Both the position numbers and the translations under genes were made by a program. The notes beneath the pieces are model-generated. The model did not search any database. It saw only the letters and a list, made by a program, of their open reading frames with translations, and was not told where the DNA came from. Positions 1 to 9,017 of a DNA stretch of 55,770 nucleotides are shown in pieces. The first letter of the stretch is position 1. Every line of letters starts with the position of its first letter. Source of the DNA: Candidatus Woesearchaeota archaeon (GTDB lineage: Archaea; Nanobdellota; Nanobdellia; Pacearchaeales; UBA284); contig CAYPSK010000002.1 in NCBI GenBank assembly GCA_964413705.1, positions 1-55,770 on the forward strand. The letters run 5' to 3'.

Positions 1-62
1 CGTTCTTTGGTACGATTATTTAATAAATGGGGGTTTATAAATGTGCGCAAGGAAGATAAGAA

Positions 63-186
63 CGGACCCGACAGGATTTGAACCTGCGACCCCTTGCTAT
101 CTTTTTTAGAGATTTCTCTCCAGGGTCTCTTTTTTAAAGAGAGCCTTTAGAAGGCAAGTGCTCTATCCAAACTGAGCTACGAGTCC
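63..186 (-). tRNA. tRNA-Arg(UCU) with a ~49-nt intron next to the anticodon
   Basis: The reverse complement folds as a cloverleaf: acceptor GGACTCG/CGGGTCC (one G-U), D arm GCTC-AGTTTGGATA-GAGC, anticodon stem CTTGC/GCAAG with loop CTTCTAA (anticodon TCT), T arm GCAGG-TTCAAAT-CCTGT, discriminator G, no encoded CCA. It is 124 nt against ~75 nt mature. The extra ~49 nt follow the anticodon at the canonical 37/38 position. Confidence 0.85.
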
Positions 187-210
187 ATCCTAAAAATTAG
201 AATTAGAAAC

Positions 211-218
211 TTTTAAAT
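211..218 (+). promoter_or_regulatory. TATA-like box upstream of tatD (leaderless-type spacing)
   Basis: TTTTAAAT ends 30 nt upstream of the ATG at 248, with no Shine-Dalgarno in between. The spacing fits an archaeal TATA about 25 nt upstream of a TSS at or near the start codon. Confidence 0.3.
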
Positions 219-247
219 TTAACCTTTATCTCCTTTTAATATCAAAG

Positions 248-1012
248 ATGATAGACTCACACTGCCACCTCGAACAGAAAGAACTTTACAATAGGCTTGA
301 AAAGCTTATTCCAAAATGGAAGCAAGAGCTTAAACACATTATTTCAAGCTGTGCTCATCCTCAAGACCTTGACAAGACCCTTGAGATATATGAAAAATAT
401 CATCCTTTTGTCAAGATTTGCATAGGTCTTCATCCTGAATTTATAAAAGAGCTAAAAGAGGAAGATGTTGAGAGAGTAATAGGATTTATCAAAGAGCATA
501 AAGATGATATTTCAGCAATAGGCGAGATAGGCCTAGATTATCACTGGATTAAAGAGCCAGAATGGCAACAAAAGCAAAAGACCCTATTCAAGAGGTTTAT
601 TGAATTATCTAAACAATTAAACTTACCTCTCATTATCCATTCCTGGGATTCAACCCAAGATGCAATTGATATTCTTGAACAACATGGTATGAAAGGTAAG
701 AAAGTCCTGATGCACTTGCTTCAGGATAAATCTGTTATTTCAAAAATAATAGAAAATAATTGGTATATCTCAATAGGCCCAAGCATAACAAAGTCAAAAA
801 CCATCAAGAAGATTGCCCGAGACATCCCCCTAAACAGAATCTTGCTAGAAACAGATTCTCCCTGGTTTAAGCAGGAAGAGCAAGGCCAGGAATTTGGCGA
901 GCCAATCAATGTAAAAATTGCTTGTGAAAAGATTGCTGAAATAAAAAAGATTTCAGTTCAAGAAGTTGAAAATCAAACCGATGAGAATGCAGGAGAATTC
1001 TTTAGATTATGA
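248..1012 (+). CDS. tatD: TatD-family metal-dependent hydrolase/DNase
   Basis: 254 aa. N-terminal IDSHCHL motif, internal GEIGLDYH and a C-terminal ETDSPW-type motif, all characteristic of the TatD/amidohydrolase fold. Confidence 0.85.
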   Translation: MIDSHCHLEQKELYNRLEKLIPKWKQELKHIISSCAHPQDLDKTLEIYEKYHPFVKICIGLHPEFIKELKEEDVERVIGFIKEHKDDISAIGEIGLDYHWIKEPEWQQKQKTLFKRFIELSKQLNLPLIIHSWDSTQDAIDILEQHGMKGKKVLMHLLQDKSVISKIIENNWYISIGPSITKSKTIKKIARDIPLNRILLETDSPWFKQEEQGQEFGEPINVKIACEKIAEIKKISVQEVENQTDENAGEFFRL

Positions 1013-1017
1013 AGAGA

Positions 1018-1872
1018 TTATAGTCTATATCCATCTGGAATTGGTTTTTTATCAAAGTAAAATAATCCTGTCTCATCCTGCGCAAATCTTCCTCTTGCGA
1101 TATTCTCAAGAGTTGCAGGAAAAATTAACCAGTCTCCGACTTTTTTTAGATTCCCTTGGTTTTCTTTTTCAGCACTTTGGAGCATAGCTTCATTTGTAGG
1201 ATCAAAACCCTCTGGGAGAACAACCTCCATTGGTCCTGATCTCATCAACAATCTCCCGTAGTCAACTTTTTCCTCAATAAGATGTGTTGACGAGCATATT
1301 CTTTTCTCTCCAGCAAGAATAGCATCTCGAACAGCGTGGTCTCCTACATATCTTCTTCTTCCTTGTTTGTCTCTGCTTGATAAGTCAGCAGGATGGACAT
1401 TCACTCCAAGTAAAGCGCTAATCAGAGGTTCTGTTGCAATGCTCATGTATCCGGCAAAAGCTGCAACATGCACGTCAAATAGACCGAGTTGATGTATGAG
1501 ATCCCTATCAAATTCCTCCCTGATCCCTAGTTGTTCTTCATATTTGGCCTTCAATTTTTTATCTTCCGGATCTAGATCGAGTTTATCCTTTAATCTTCTA
1601 AGGTTCTTTCTTTTCTTTCCCCTTCTTTCATAAAATCTTCTTATGCCTATAGCCAAGACTGGAATATCATAGTCTTGGCCTATCTGCCCAGCGTTGGATT
1701 CTGTAGTGTCTGTAAAGACTACAGCGACATGGAATGGACTTTTTCCAGGTTCTTGGCTCAATGCATGTTCATGCTCAATGATCTTAACCAGATTAGAGCC
1801 TGTTCCAGAAATTAATCCAGCAACCCTCATCTGTCCAGTAGAAGGATCATATAATGGTTCCAGTATTGTCAT
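1018..1872 (-). CDS. purN: Phosphoribosylglycinamide formyltransferase-like (PurN family) with a Lys/Arg-rich insertion
   Basis: 284 aa. Matches remembered E. coli PurN motifs: GLISGTGSNL, REEFDRDLIHQL..AAFAGYM, NVHPADL and THLIEEKVDYG. Carries a ~50-60 aa charged insertion (RRGKKRKNLRRLKDKLDLDPEDKKLKAKYEE). Overlaps the purD stop by 4 nt. Confidence 0.75.
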   Translation of the reverse strand: MTILEPLYDPSTGQMRVAGLISGTGSNLVKIIEHEHALSQEPGKSPFHVAVVFTDTTESNAGQIGQDYDIPVLAIGIRRFYERRGKKRKNLRRLKDKLDLDPEDKKLKAKYEEQLGIREEFDRDLIHQLGLFDVHVAAFAGYMSIATEPLISALLGVNVHPADLSSRDKQGRRRYVGDHAVRDAILAGEKRICSSTHLIEEKVDYGRLLMRSGPMEVVLPEGFDPTNEAMLQSAEKENQGNLKKVGDWLIFPATLENIARGRFAQDETGLFYFDKKPIPDGYRL

Positions 1873-3203
1873 TTTTTTGTTAGAAGTGCTTTATCAGCAA
1901 TATCTGATCTATAAGTTAAAACATCTCTTCCACCATTAAGTTTCTTGGTTTCTTCAGCAATATGAACTGTAGCAGCGTAAGCTTTTTTTTGCGCATCTGC
2001 AATACCTTTTGGAGAGTAAGATGTAACTCCGAGAACTCTTCCTCCGCTAGTTACTAGAGAACCCTCGTTGTTAATTGCAGTCCCTGCATGAAAAACTACA
2101 GTATCTTCTTCTTTTGAAATTTTTTCAAGTCCCCCTATTTTGAATCCTTTTTGGATTTGCCCGGGATATCCGTTAGAAATAAGAACAACAGTGCATGCAG
2201 CGCCTGGGTTGACTTCCATTAAAGATTCATTAAGTGTCCCATTAAGAGAAGCCATAATCGGCCTATACAATCCATGCTTGAGCATCATGACCAATGGTTG
2301 TGTTTCAGGATCGCCAAGTCTGCAATTATACTCTAAAATTTTTAGCCCTTTATCAACATCATCAATAACAGCAGCGTATAAGAACCCCTTATAGCTAACC
2401 CTTCTATCTCGCATAAATTGGACAGCAGGAGTCATCATAGTATCTGCAACATGCTTGACTATTTCTGCATTTGCGATTGGCGCAGGCCCATATGCTCCCA
2501 TCCCCCCTGTGTTTGGCCCTTCATCATTAACAAGCAATCTCTTATGATCTTGAATTGGAATTGGAAATGGAAACACTCTGTTCCCATCTGAAATCCCGAA
2601 AACTGAAAATTCTTGTCCAAATAATCTTTCAGCAACCAGAACAGACCCATCTTTGCCATATTTACCAAGAAATTCAGGCAATGCTCTAAGAGCATCATCA
2701 GCACTATCAAAAACACTGACTCCCTTTCCACCAGTCAGGCCTCTGGCCTTAAGGACAACTCCCCTGTCTGTTGATAATTCTTTTATTGCATCATCAGCAG
2801 AAGATAGATTACTGCATGGAATAGATCTTGCCTGCGGAATTCCACATGCATTCATGACCTCAAAAGAATAAAATTTATCTGCCTCGATTGCGGCTCCAAA
2901 AGATGTTGGGCCAAATATCTTCTTGAAACCTTCTCTGTGAGAATAATCGACAATGCCATCAACCAAAGGTTGTTCTGGCCCTACGACAATAAGTTCAAGT
3001 GGTTCATTTTGGGCAAATTCAAGAAGTCTGGGAAAATTTGCTTGCCTTTCTTCAGATGTTTCTCCTTTGGTGATGTCAATATTAAATCTATATTCGCTGC
3101 CACCATTTCCAGGAAGACACAAAACAGAATGCCCTTCTTTTTTTAATGACCAGGCAATTGCTTCCTCTCTTCCTCCGCCTCCAATGACTGCAATTTGTGC
3201 CAT
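1869..3203 (-). CDS. purD: Phosphoribosylamine-glycine ligase (GARS)
   Basis: 444 aa. N-terminal IAVIGGGGREEAIAWSL, ATP-grasp core (GLTGGKGV, EFSVF) and C-terminal VTSGGRVLGVT are typical of PurD. Confidence 0.9.
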   Translation of the reverse strand: MAQIAVIGGGGREEAIAWSLKKEGHSVLCLPGNGGSEYRFNIDITKGETSEERQANFPRLLEFAQNEPLELIVVGPEQPLVDGIVDYSHREGFKKIFGPTSFGAAIEADKFYSFEVMNACGIPQARSIPCSNLSSADDAIKELSTDRGVVLKARGLTGGKGVSVFDSADDALRALPEFLGKYGKDGSVLVAERLFGQEFSVFGISDGNRVFPFPIPIQDHKRLLVNDEGPNTGGMGAYGPAPIANAEIVKHVADTMMTPAVQFMRDRRVSYKGFLYAAVIDDVDKGLKILEYNCRLGDPETQPLVMMLKHGLYRPIMASLNGTLNESLMEVNPGAACTVVLISNGYPGQIQKGFKIGGLEKISKEEDTVVFHAGTAINNEGSLVTSGGRVLGVTSYSPKGIADAQKKAYAATVHIAEETKKLNGGRDVLTYRSDIADKALLTKK

Positions 3204-3293
3204 TTTAATAAATTAAATTGTTCTGCAGTTTAAAAGGATTATTATATTTTATTATATAGTTGAAGTGTCATATCCCTAAAGAAATAGTTTTTT

Positions 3294-4847
3294 TCAGTAC
3301 TCTTTCAGCGTCTCCAAGATAATATTATATACATCTGGGTAAAGGTAGGGGTTTGTTAGTTTTGTATGCAAAACCTGCCCAGAACAATCTCCCTGTATGA
3401 TTGAGTTATTTGCTCGCGATAGTCTGGAACTTTTTACAAGAACAATACCATCTCCATCTCCGTTTAGCATTTTGCATCCAGAGCCGATTATTGCATAAGT
3501 TGGTATATTTGATTCATATGTATTAAGTTCCTTCATAAATGTACTATTAGCATTCATATCAGCACACTCTTTTTTTCCTCCGATTACTGGGCAGAGTTCA
3601 GCTATATCCCCATATATTCCATTATTTGGGGTTCCTAACAAGATCATCTTATAAATACCCCTCTCTCCATAAATTTGTGTATATCTTCTAGAAACTAAAC
3701 CCCCCATACTATATGCAACAATTATTACTTTTGGCCTCCCAGTCTTATACTTTACAATATCAATTAATCTCTTTAATCTTATGGCATAATCTGTTATGTC
3801 CTCATCTTTTGTCTGAACTTCAACATACTCCCCAGAATCATTTTTTGTGTCAAGGTAGTAACTTACCTTGAAAGTCATAGGAACATTCATCTCTCCAAGT
3901 ATTCCGGGATTTTCTTCTTTTGAATTGATTGAGATTGCACCGGCATTTACAAAACCTTTTTCTTCAAGTTTATTCTGTATCTTGTTCTGTTCATCAAGAT
4001 TATACTCTGCAGAAGCATATTTGCTGATATCATGTCCATGAACAAAGATAATTGGAAAATCAGAAGGATCATTCCTGCATGATTCAAGAATACAGCACTC
4101 TTTGCATTTATTTAGTATACAGCATTTATTCTTTGGTTCAACAAAGGATACGCCTAAGGAAAACTCAGTTTTATTCAGGTCTATTAAGGTCAAGTTTACA
4201 TCATGAATTATAGTATAATCCCCTATTGGCAAGAAAGTGAAGTTTTCAGTTTGATTTTTAAAATCAAGATATAGCTCAAAGGTTTTAATCATGATTGGCT
4301 CTACCAATGCCTTTTTGTTATTGATAGAGTCTCTTTTATAGATAATATCTAAAAGAGAATTGAATTCAATTATAGTATTATTGATTTCTGAACCTCTTGA
4401 AAAATTTGTCTTATTCAAGGATAAGGCTTCTCTCATCTCCACCAAAATGTTCCTGATTAAGAAGATGTTGTTAATCAAGTGATTATACTCAGATATATTT
4501 TGGTACATGCTTAAGTTAGATATTAAAAATTCCTGTTCAAAATCTGAAAAAAACACAGAGTATTGGTTAATGCTGTCATTAAGCTGATAATAATCTTGCT
4601 TATTCCATAAATTCCTCAGATCATAAAGAAATTCATCTAAATTTTGAATAATCTCCTTTAGATTTTTATTTTCCCCTAGGGCATTATCCACAATGGTTGT
4701 TTTATTCATTTCGTAGAGACTCTCTTCAAAGTAATTGATTTCAGAGTGCCAGTTATTTAGCTTATTAAGAATATTATCTAAATGGTCTAAAGCATCGCTT
4801 TTTAATAATCTCTCTTCGTCATTTAAGTCATAGTTTAATGTTATCAA
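3294..4847 (-). CDS. Alpha/beta-hydrolase (PGAP1/lipase-like) domain protein, probably the distal part of an interrupted gene
   Basis: 517 aa. C-terminal half has FVHGH..., the nucleophile elbow AYSMGG (GxSxG) and a Cys-rich linker (CCILNKCKECCILESC). The listed start is a TTG. The ORF is in the same frame as 4905..5354, separated from it only by one TGA. Confidence 0.6.
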   Translation of the reverse strand: MITLNYDLNDEERLLKSDALDHLDNILNKLNNWHSEINYFEESLYEMNKTTIVDNALGENKNLKEIIQNLDEFLYDLRNLWNKQDYYQLNDSINQYSVFFSDFEQEFLISNLSMYQNISEYNHLINNIFLIRNILVEMREALSLNKTNFSRGSEINNTIIEFNSLLDIIYKRDSINNKKALVEPIMIKTFELYLDFKNQTENFTFLPIGDYTIIHDVNLTLIDLNKTEFSLGVSFVEPKNKCCILNKCKECCILESCRNDPSDFPIIFVHGHDISKYASAEYNLDEQNKIQNKLEEKGFVNAGAISINSKEENPGILGEMNVPMTFKVSYYLDTKNDSGEYVEVQTKDEDITDYAIRLKRLIDIVKYKTGRPKVIIVAYSMGGLVSRRYTQIYGERGIYKMILLGTPNNGIYGDIAELCPVIGGKKECADMNANSTFMKELNTYESNIPTYAIIGSGCKMLNGDGDGIVLVKSSRLSRANNSIIQGDCSGQVLHTKLTNPYLYPDVYNIILETLKEY

Positions 4848-4904
4848 TATATTTCTATAAGAAGTTCTTCCAGAAGTTTGGCAGATCTCAGTATATATCC
4901 CTTT

Positions 4905-5354
4905 TCATTCAAGGTCAAATCTATAAATCTCTTGGCCTTTTCCAAGCCTATTTGATTCAAGTTCAAAGGTTTTTGTCTGAGCCAGTGAGCTCAAAGTAAA
5001 TTTTTCTTCCTTGATACTTTTATTGCTGCTTAAATCTAAAAAATCATAGCTGCACTTTGCCTGGCATAAAGCGCTTCCTTTCAAAGATATAGTAAACTCA
5101 AGATTTTCTTTCTGCCCATGCTCAAGATAAAAATTTTGCTTATTTGCATCTACCTTAATCAATATGTCTTTTCCAAAAAGTGAATTAAATAAAGGAATTA
5201 TCTTTGGCGTAATAAAAATAAAAGCAAAGACGAGCACAATAAATATAACAAAGAAAAAGAAGACACCCCATCTTTTAGACTTGTTTTTCTTGGAATACTT
5301 ATTTTGCATTATCCTTCTTATGCGCTCCTCCTCCTCTTTTGGTATTTTTTCCAT
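4905..5354 (-). CDS. N-terminal membrane-anchor segment (probable proximal part of the interrupted lipase-like gene)
   Basis: 149 aa. Charged N-terminus followed by one hydrophobic helix (WGVFFFFVIFIVLVFAFIFI). Ends at TGA 4905-4907. The 57 nt down to 4848 stay open in the same frame. Confidence 0.5.
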   Translation of the reverse strand: MEKIPKEEEERIRRIMQNKYSKKNKSKRWGVFFFFVIFIVLVFAFIFITPKIIPLFNSLFGKDILIKVDANKQNFYLEHGQKENLEFTISLKGSALCQAKCSYDFLDLSSNKSIKEEKFTLSSLAQTKTFELESNRLGKGQEIYRFDLE

Positions 5355-5454
5355 TTTTCCTCTTTTTGATGTTTAATGAGCGAGATTAATTAAATATAAA
5401 AACCTAACCATCCTAATTAAAATGAAAAATATGCAAGAAGTAAAAGAAAAAAGA

Positions 5455-5480
5455 GTGCATAAATGCTAATTAAAGCACAT
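5455..5480. repeat. Paired GYGCAY element (degenerate copy)
   Basis: gtgcat-aaatgctaattaaa-gcacat, hexamers 20 bp apart. The spacer is similar to the copies at 18379 and 53394 (TAATGCTAA core). Confidence 0.4.
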
Positions 5481-5513
5481 AAAAGTTCTAAATAAACAAT
5501 ACGGAAAAATAAA

Positions 5514-5765
5514 ATGAATACAGCCCAGACAATAATGATTGTGATTTTGGCTATTTCCGGCTTTCCTCTAGGTATCTTTCTCTCAAACCATATAAAAGAA
5601 GAGCTTAAACAAGGAAAGCCATTTTTTGTTATAATCCTGATTCTCTCGATTATTGGCATGATTCTAAGCCTGATTTTTGCAAAATCAGATACTCTTGTTT
5701 TTCTTCTGTCAGCTCTTGTCTTTGTCTTTTTGATGTTTTTAGTATGTTTCCTAAAAGCTAGATGA
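5514..5765 (+). CDS. Small integral membrane protein (hypothetical)
   Basis: 83 aa with three clear hydrophobic segments. Preferred over the overlapping minus-strand ORF 5417..5857, whose translation is Lys/Arg/Phe low-complexity. Confidence 0.45.
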   Translation: MNTAQTIMIVILAISGFPLGIFLSNHIKEELKQGKPFFVIILILSIIGMILSLIFAKSDTLVFLLSALVFVFLMFLVCFLKAR

Positions 5766-5816
5766 AGGAAGAAGATAAAACCAAAGCCTTTTAATCTCTT
5801 TTTTCCCTCTATTTTT

Positions 5817-6515
5817 ATGTTATATCTAATTGGTTTAGGCTTGGATTTGAAAGACATCTCAATTAGAGCTCTTGAGATAATAAAGAAAAGCGAAAAAATT
5901 TATCTTGAATCCTATACAACCACTTTTCCGTATAATATTCAAGAACTTGAGAAGTTAATTGGCAAAAAGGTTATCATATCCAAAAGAGAAATATTTGAGA
6001 ATAAATTAAATGAACTTATAAATCAAGCAAAGCGCAAAGACATTGCGGTCTTGATATACGGAGATCCTTTAGCAGCAACAACACATATCACAATAATCAG
6101 GGAAGCAGAAAAAGCCAAGGTCCAACTCGAGATTATCCATAATAACTCCATCTTTAATGTCATAAGCGAAACAGGATTACAATTATATAAATTCGGCAAA
6201 ACAACAAGCCTACCAAAGTGGCAAGAGAATTACAAGCCTACTTCTTTCTTTGAGATAATTAAAGAAAATCTTTCAATCAAGGCCCACACTTTAATTCTTG
6301 TTGATCCTGGTTTATCATTAAAAGATGCTCTGAAACAAATTGAAGAGTCAGACGAAGAACATCTGCTTAAAGATAAAGAGATAATCATCGCTTCAAGACT
6401 TGGAACCACCGAAGCAAAGATAATAAGAGGAAAGATTAAACAACTTGCCTCAAAGAAAATAGACGAACCCTTCTCAGTTATAGTTCCCGGAGAGTTGCAT
6501 TTCTCAGAAGAATAA
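5817..6515 (+). CDS. dph5: Diphthine synthase (tetrapyrrole-methylase fold)
   Basis: 232 aa. MLYLIGLGL...YLESYT N-terminus and the GDPLAATTH motif are typical of Dph5, an archaeal/eukaryotic marker. Confidence 0.85.
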   Translation: MLYLIGLGLDLKDISIRALEIIKKSEKIYLESYTTTFPYNIQELEKLIGKKVIISKREIFENKLNELINQAKRKDIAVLIYGDPLAATTHITIIREAEKAKVQLEIIHNNSIFNVISETGLQLYKFGKTTSLPKWQENYKPTSFFEIIKENLSIKAHTLILVDPGLSLKDALKQIEESDEEHLLKDKEIIIASRLGTTEAKIIRGKIKQLASKKIDEPFSVIVPGELHFSEE

Positions 6516-6517
6516 GA

Positions 6518-6820
6518 TTATAATCTTGGAACAGGCGCGTTCATCAAAACAAAACCACCCGCTATTTTCTTGCCAGCAAAAGCTTCATTTAAGGATGCCC
6601 AATATTTGCGATAGTGTTCATATCTTTCTTTCCCAAATTCATCAAAGCGAATGAAAAAAGAATAATGCTTGTCTTCTGGATTACAAACTTTTCCAATCCT
6701 TTCTGGTCTATTTTCGGTTGTACTATTATCACTATAATAAAGAATTCCAGTTTTTGCATCAATTGAAAAACCAGGCGGAAGATTATTCACCAGATTATGC
6801 AAACCCCTAAGTTTCCCCAT
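6518..6820 (-). CDS. Hypothetical protein (orphan, less AT-rich coding)
   Basis: 100-aa ORF filling the gap between dph5 and the next gene. No recognisable motif. Confidence 0.4.
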   Translation of the reverse strand: MGKLRGLHNLVNNLPPGFSIDAKTGILYYSDNSTTENRPERIGKVCNPEDKHYSFFIRFDEFGKERYEHYRKYWASLNEAFAGKKIAGGFVLMNAPVPRL

Positions 6821-6939
6821 TATCCTTGATTATCAAGGCTCCTTTTCTATATATATTTTTCTGAAGAATAAAGAGAATTTATGAAAAGTGTGCACTAAAC
6901 CACAATAATCCTTATAAAGTTGTTTCTTGATAGATAAAA

Positions 6940-7713
6940 ATGGGTGGAGAAAAGACTGTTTCACAATGTTCAGAAAATCAAGGCATTGCAGAATTAAGTA
7001 ATATTACTGCTGGCGAGTATCAAGATGCAAAAGCATGGCTATTTTATATTCTAAAAAATCATGAATGTGAAAGAGTTCTAAGTGCTTTAAATATATTTAA
7101 TGGATTAGAAGTTATGATCGGCTCTAGAAGAGTTTCTATGACAACAATAGCTGCTGGTTCAAGCCTCTACCCTGGCAAGATTCCTATGGCAAAATTCCCT
7201 TTAGAGAAAGGTACTAGTAGTGTGTGGAATCCAAATCAGGCAGAGATTGCCAGGGCGATGGTCCCATACAAAGATATAGACTTATTCTTACTTGCAGACG
7301 ATTGTGCTACTCAAGAAGATATAGAACAAGGAAAGCGCATTTCAGAAGATCCTAGGGAATTTATTATCGATTTACTTAAGACCAGGGTTAATGCGCCAGA
7401 GCATGTTTATTTTGTTACAAGATACAAAAGCCAGGCAGAGGTTATTGATTGTAAAGGAACTGATGCTACACAAAGCTATAAGCAAGATAGGGGCAGTCGC
7501 ATTGTTCCTGTAACGGTATCTGTTTTTACAGGCGATGAAGATTTTTACAAAAGAAGACCCTTCTGTAGAGATGATATAGTTGTTCCTCCAGAAGATACTG
7601 GAAGATTCTTTCCCCCTGCAGAGAAGTTCATTGATTATAATAGGGCCATTGGTTCAAGATTCCTGGTCCTAAGCAGACAGAGAATGCCTCCAGAAACACA
7701 AAGAGCACTCTGA
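6940..7713 (+). CDS. Hypothetical protein (orphan, less AT-rich coding)
   Basis: 257-aa ORF with no competing frame. No recognisable motif. Amino-acid usage is richer in Arg/Ala/Gly/Pro than the neighbours. Confidence 0.5.
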   Translation: MGGEKTVSQCSENQGIAELSNITAGEYQDAKAWLFYILKNHECERVLSALNIFNGLEVMIGSRRVSMTTIAAGSSLYPGKIPMAKFPLEKGTSSVWNPNQAEIARAMVPYKDIDLFLLADDCATQEDIEQGKRISEDPREFIIDLLKTRVNAPEHVYFVTRYKSQAEVIDCKGTDATQSYKQDRGSRIVPVTVSVFTGDEDFYKRRPFCRDDIVVPPEDTGRFFPPAEKFIDYNRAIGSRFLVLSRQRMPPETQRAL

Positions 7714-7719
7714 GCATAT

Positions 7720-8925
7720 TTATTTTTTCACCATGATTTCTATGACATCGCCATTCTTCAAAACATGATCTTTGCCTACAGCAACTTTCTTCTTTACATC
7801 AATCGCCTTGACAAATCCATTTCCTATGTCTGTATGAACTCTAAATGCAAAATCAAGAGTTGTTGAGCCAGGTGGCATTAAATAACAATCTGGCAAGATA
7901 TTCCCTTTGCTGTCAGCCAACTTATTAAGTCCGCCTGGAAAGATATAAACATATTTTAGATAATCAAAAACAGCAGAATTAAGAGTTTGCTGAACTCCAG
8001 TATTTTTCCATTTGCCCAGGATTCTATTTTTTACAAACTCTAGGGCCTTTTTCCTTCTTTCATCAAGCTTTTCTTCATGAATGATTTTAAAATCAGAATC
8101 TCCAGGAATATATTCAATAAGCTCTGATCTTGAAGCTTCTCTCAAAGCTAATTCAGATTCAGCAGAGCACGGCACAATCAAAAGTTCAGGAAATTTATTC
8201 TTGGCTTTCTTGAAATTTTCATCAAATTCAGGCCTATCAGACTTATTAGCAGCTATAATCATCGGCTTGCTCTGTCTTCTCAGCTCTCTTGCGAATTCGA
8301 ATAATCTAGATTCTTGCCACACAGATGGTTTTTCTTCTTTAATATCAATTCCAAGTTTTTTCAAAACACCCCTTATCATTTCCTCTGTAACTTTTAAACC
8401 AGAAAATTGTTTTGCAACAGCTTTCTCAAATTCAGAATGTTCAACTTCAATTTTTCTGATAAATGTTCTCCAGACTTTTTTTAGAATTCCTAAGTACCAG
8501 TAGTCCAATTCTTCTTCAAGAAAAAGAATATCCTCACAAGGGTCTCGCATGCCAGCAGAGCAGGGCTTTCCTTCACAATCAGTCAAGCCAGCCATATCAA
8601 CAACATGAATCAATAAATCAGCATTGCTTAAATCATCTAAAAATTGATTTCCCAAGCCCTTTCCTTCATGCGCTCCAGGAACCAAGCCAGCAACATCTAG
8701 CAATTCAACAGGAACAAATCTCTGTCCTTTAATGCAGAATCCCTCTCGTGGATTGCACTTTACTTTAAAAAAAGTTTCAATACACTCAATTCTTACATAT
8801 CCTATTCCATGATTTGGGGCAATTGTGATAAAGGGTCTATTGCCTATTTCAACAGCACCAAGGGTGCATGCCTTAAAGAAGGTACTTTTTCCCACATTAG
8901 GTTTGCCCACTATTCCCAATAACAT
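7720..8925 (-). CDS. Obg-family GTPase, YchF/OLA1-like, with C-terminal TGS-like domain
   Basis: 401 aa. P-loop GKPNVGKST, G2 region PFITIAPN, G3 DVAGLVPGAHEGKGLGNQFL, NKSD. C-terminus (GDVIEI) resembles a TGS domain. Confidence 0.8.
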   Translation of the reverse strand: MLLGIVGKPNVGKSTFFKACTLGAVEIGNRPFITIAPNHGIGYVRIECIETFFKVKCNPREGFCIKGQRFVPVELLDVAGLVPGAHEGKGLGNQFLDDLSNADLLIHVVDMAGLTDCEGKPCSAGMRDPCEDILFLEEELDYWYLGILKKVWRTFIRKIEVEHSEFEKAVAKQFSGLKVTEEMIRGVLKKLGIDIKEEKPSVWQESRLFEFARELRRQSKPMIIAANKSDRPEFDENFKKAKNKFPELLIVPCSAESELALREASRSELIEYIPGDSDFKIIHEEKLDERRKKALEFVKNRILGKWKNTGVQQTLNSAVFDYLKYVYIFPGGLNKLADSKGNILPDCYLMPPGSTTLDFAFRVHTDIGNGFVKAIDVKKKVAVGKDHVLKNGDVIEIMVKK

Positions 8926-9017
8926 TTTAGACTCCGTAAATCCAATTTAATTGATTTTTATCTAATAATGGGATTTTTCTTTTATTTAAAGATTATCACA
9001 AACTTTATACCCCCCCT

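Noticed and set aside
4905-4907. Genome-wide TGA reassignment or selenocysteine at the in-frame TGA of the lipase-like gene.
   Set aside because: TGA clearly terminates other well-defined genes in the window (for example tatD, the 62-aa AbrB-like ORF and the RelE-like remnant). I saw no SECIS-like structure or Sec machinery here. I kept it only as an interrupted-gene or read-through finding.
5417-5857. 146-aa minus-strand ORF overlapping the small membrane protein gene and the dph5 start.
   Set aside because: Its translation is Lys/Arg/Phe/Ile low-complexity. It would overlap the dph5 start codon region. The + strand 83-aa ORF has three clean TM segments.
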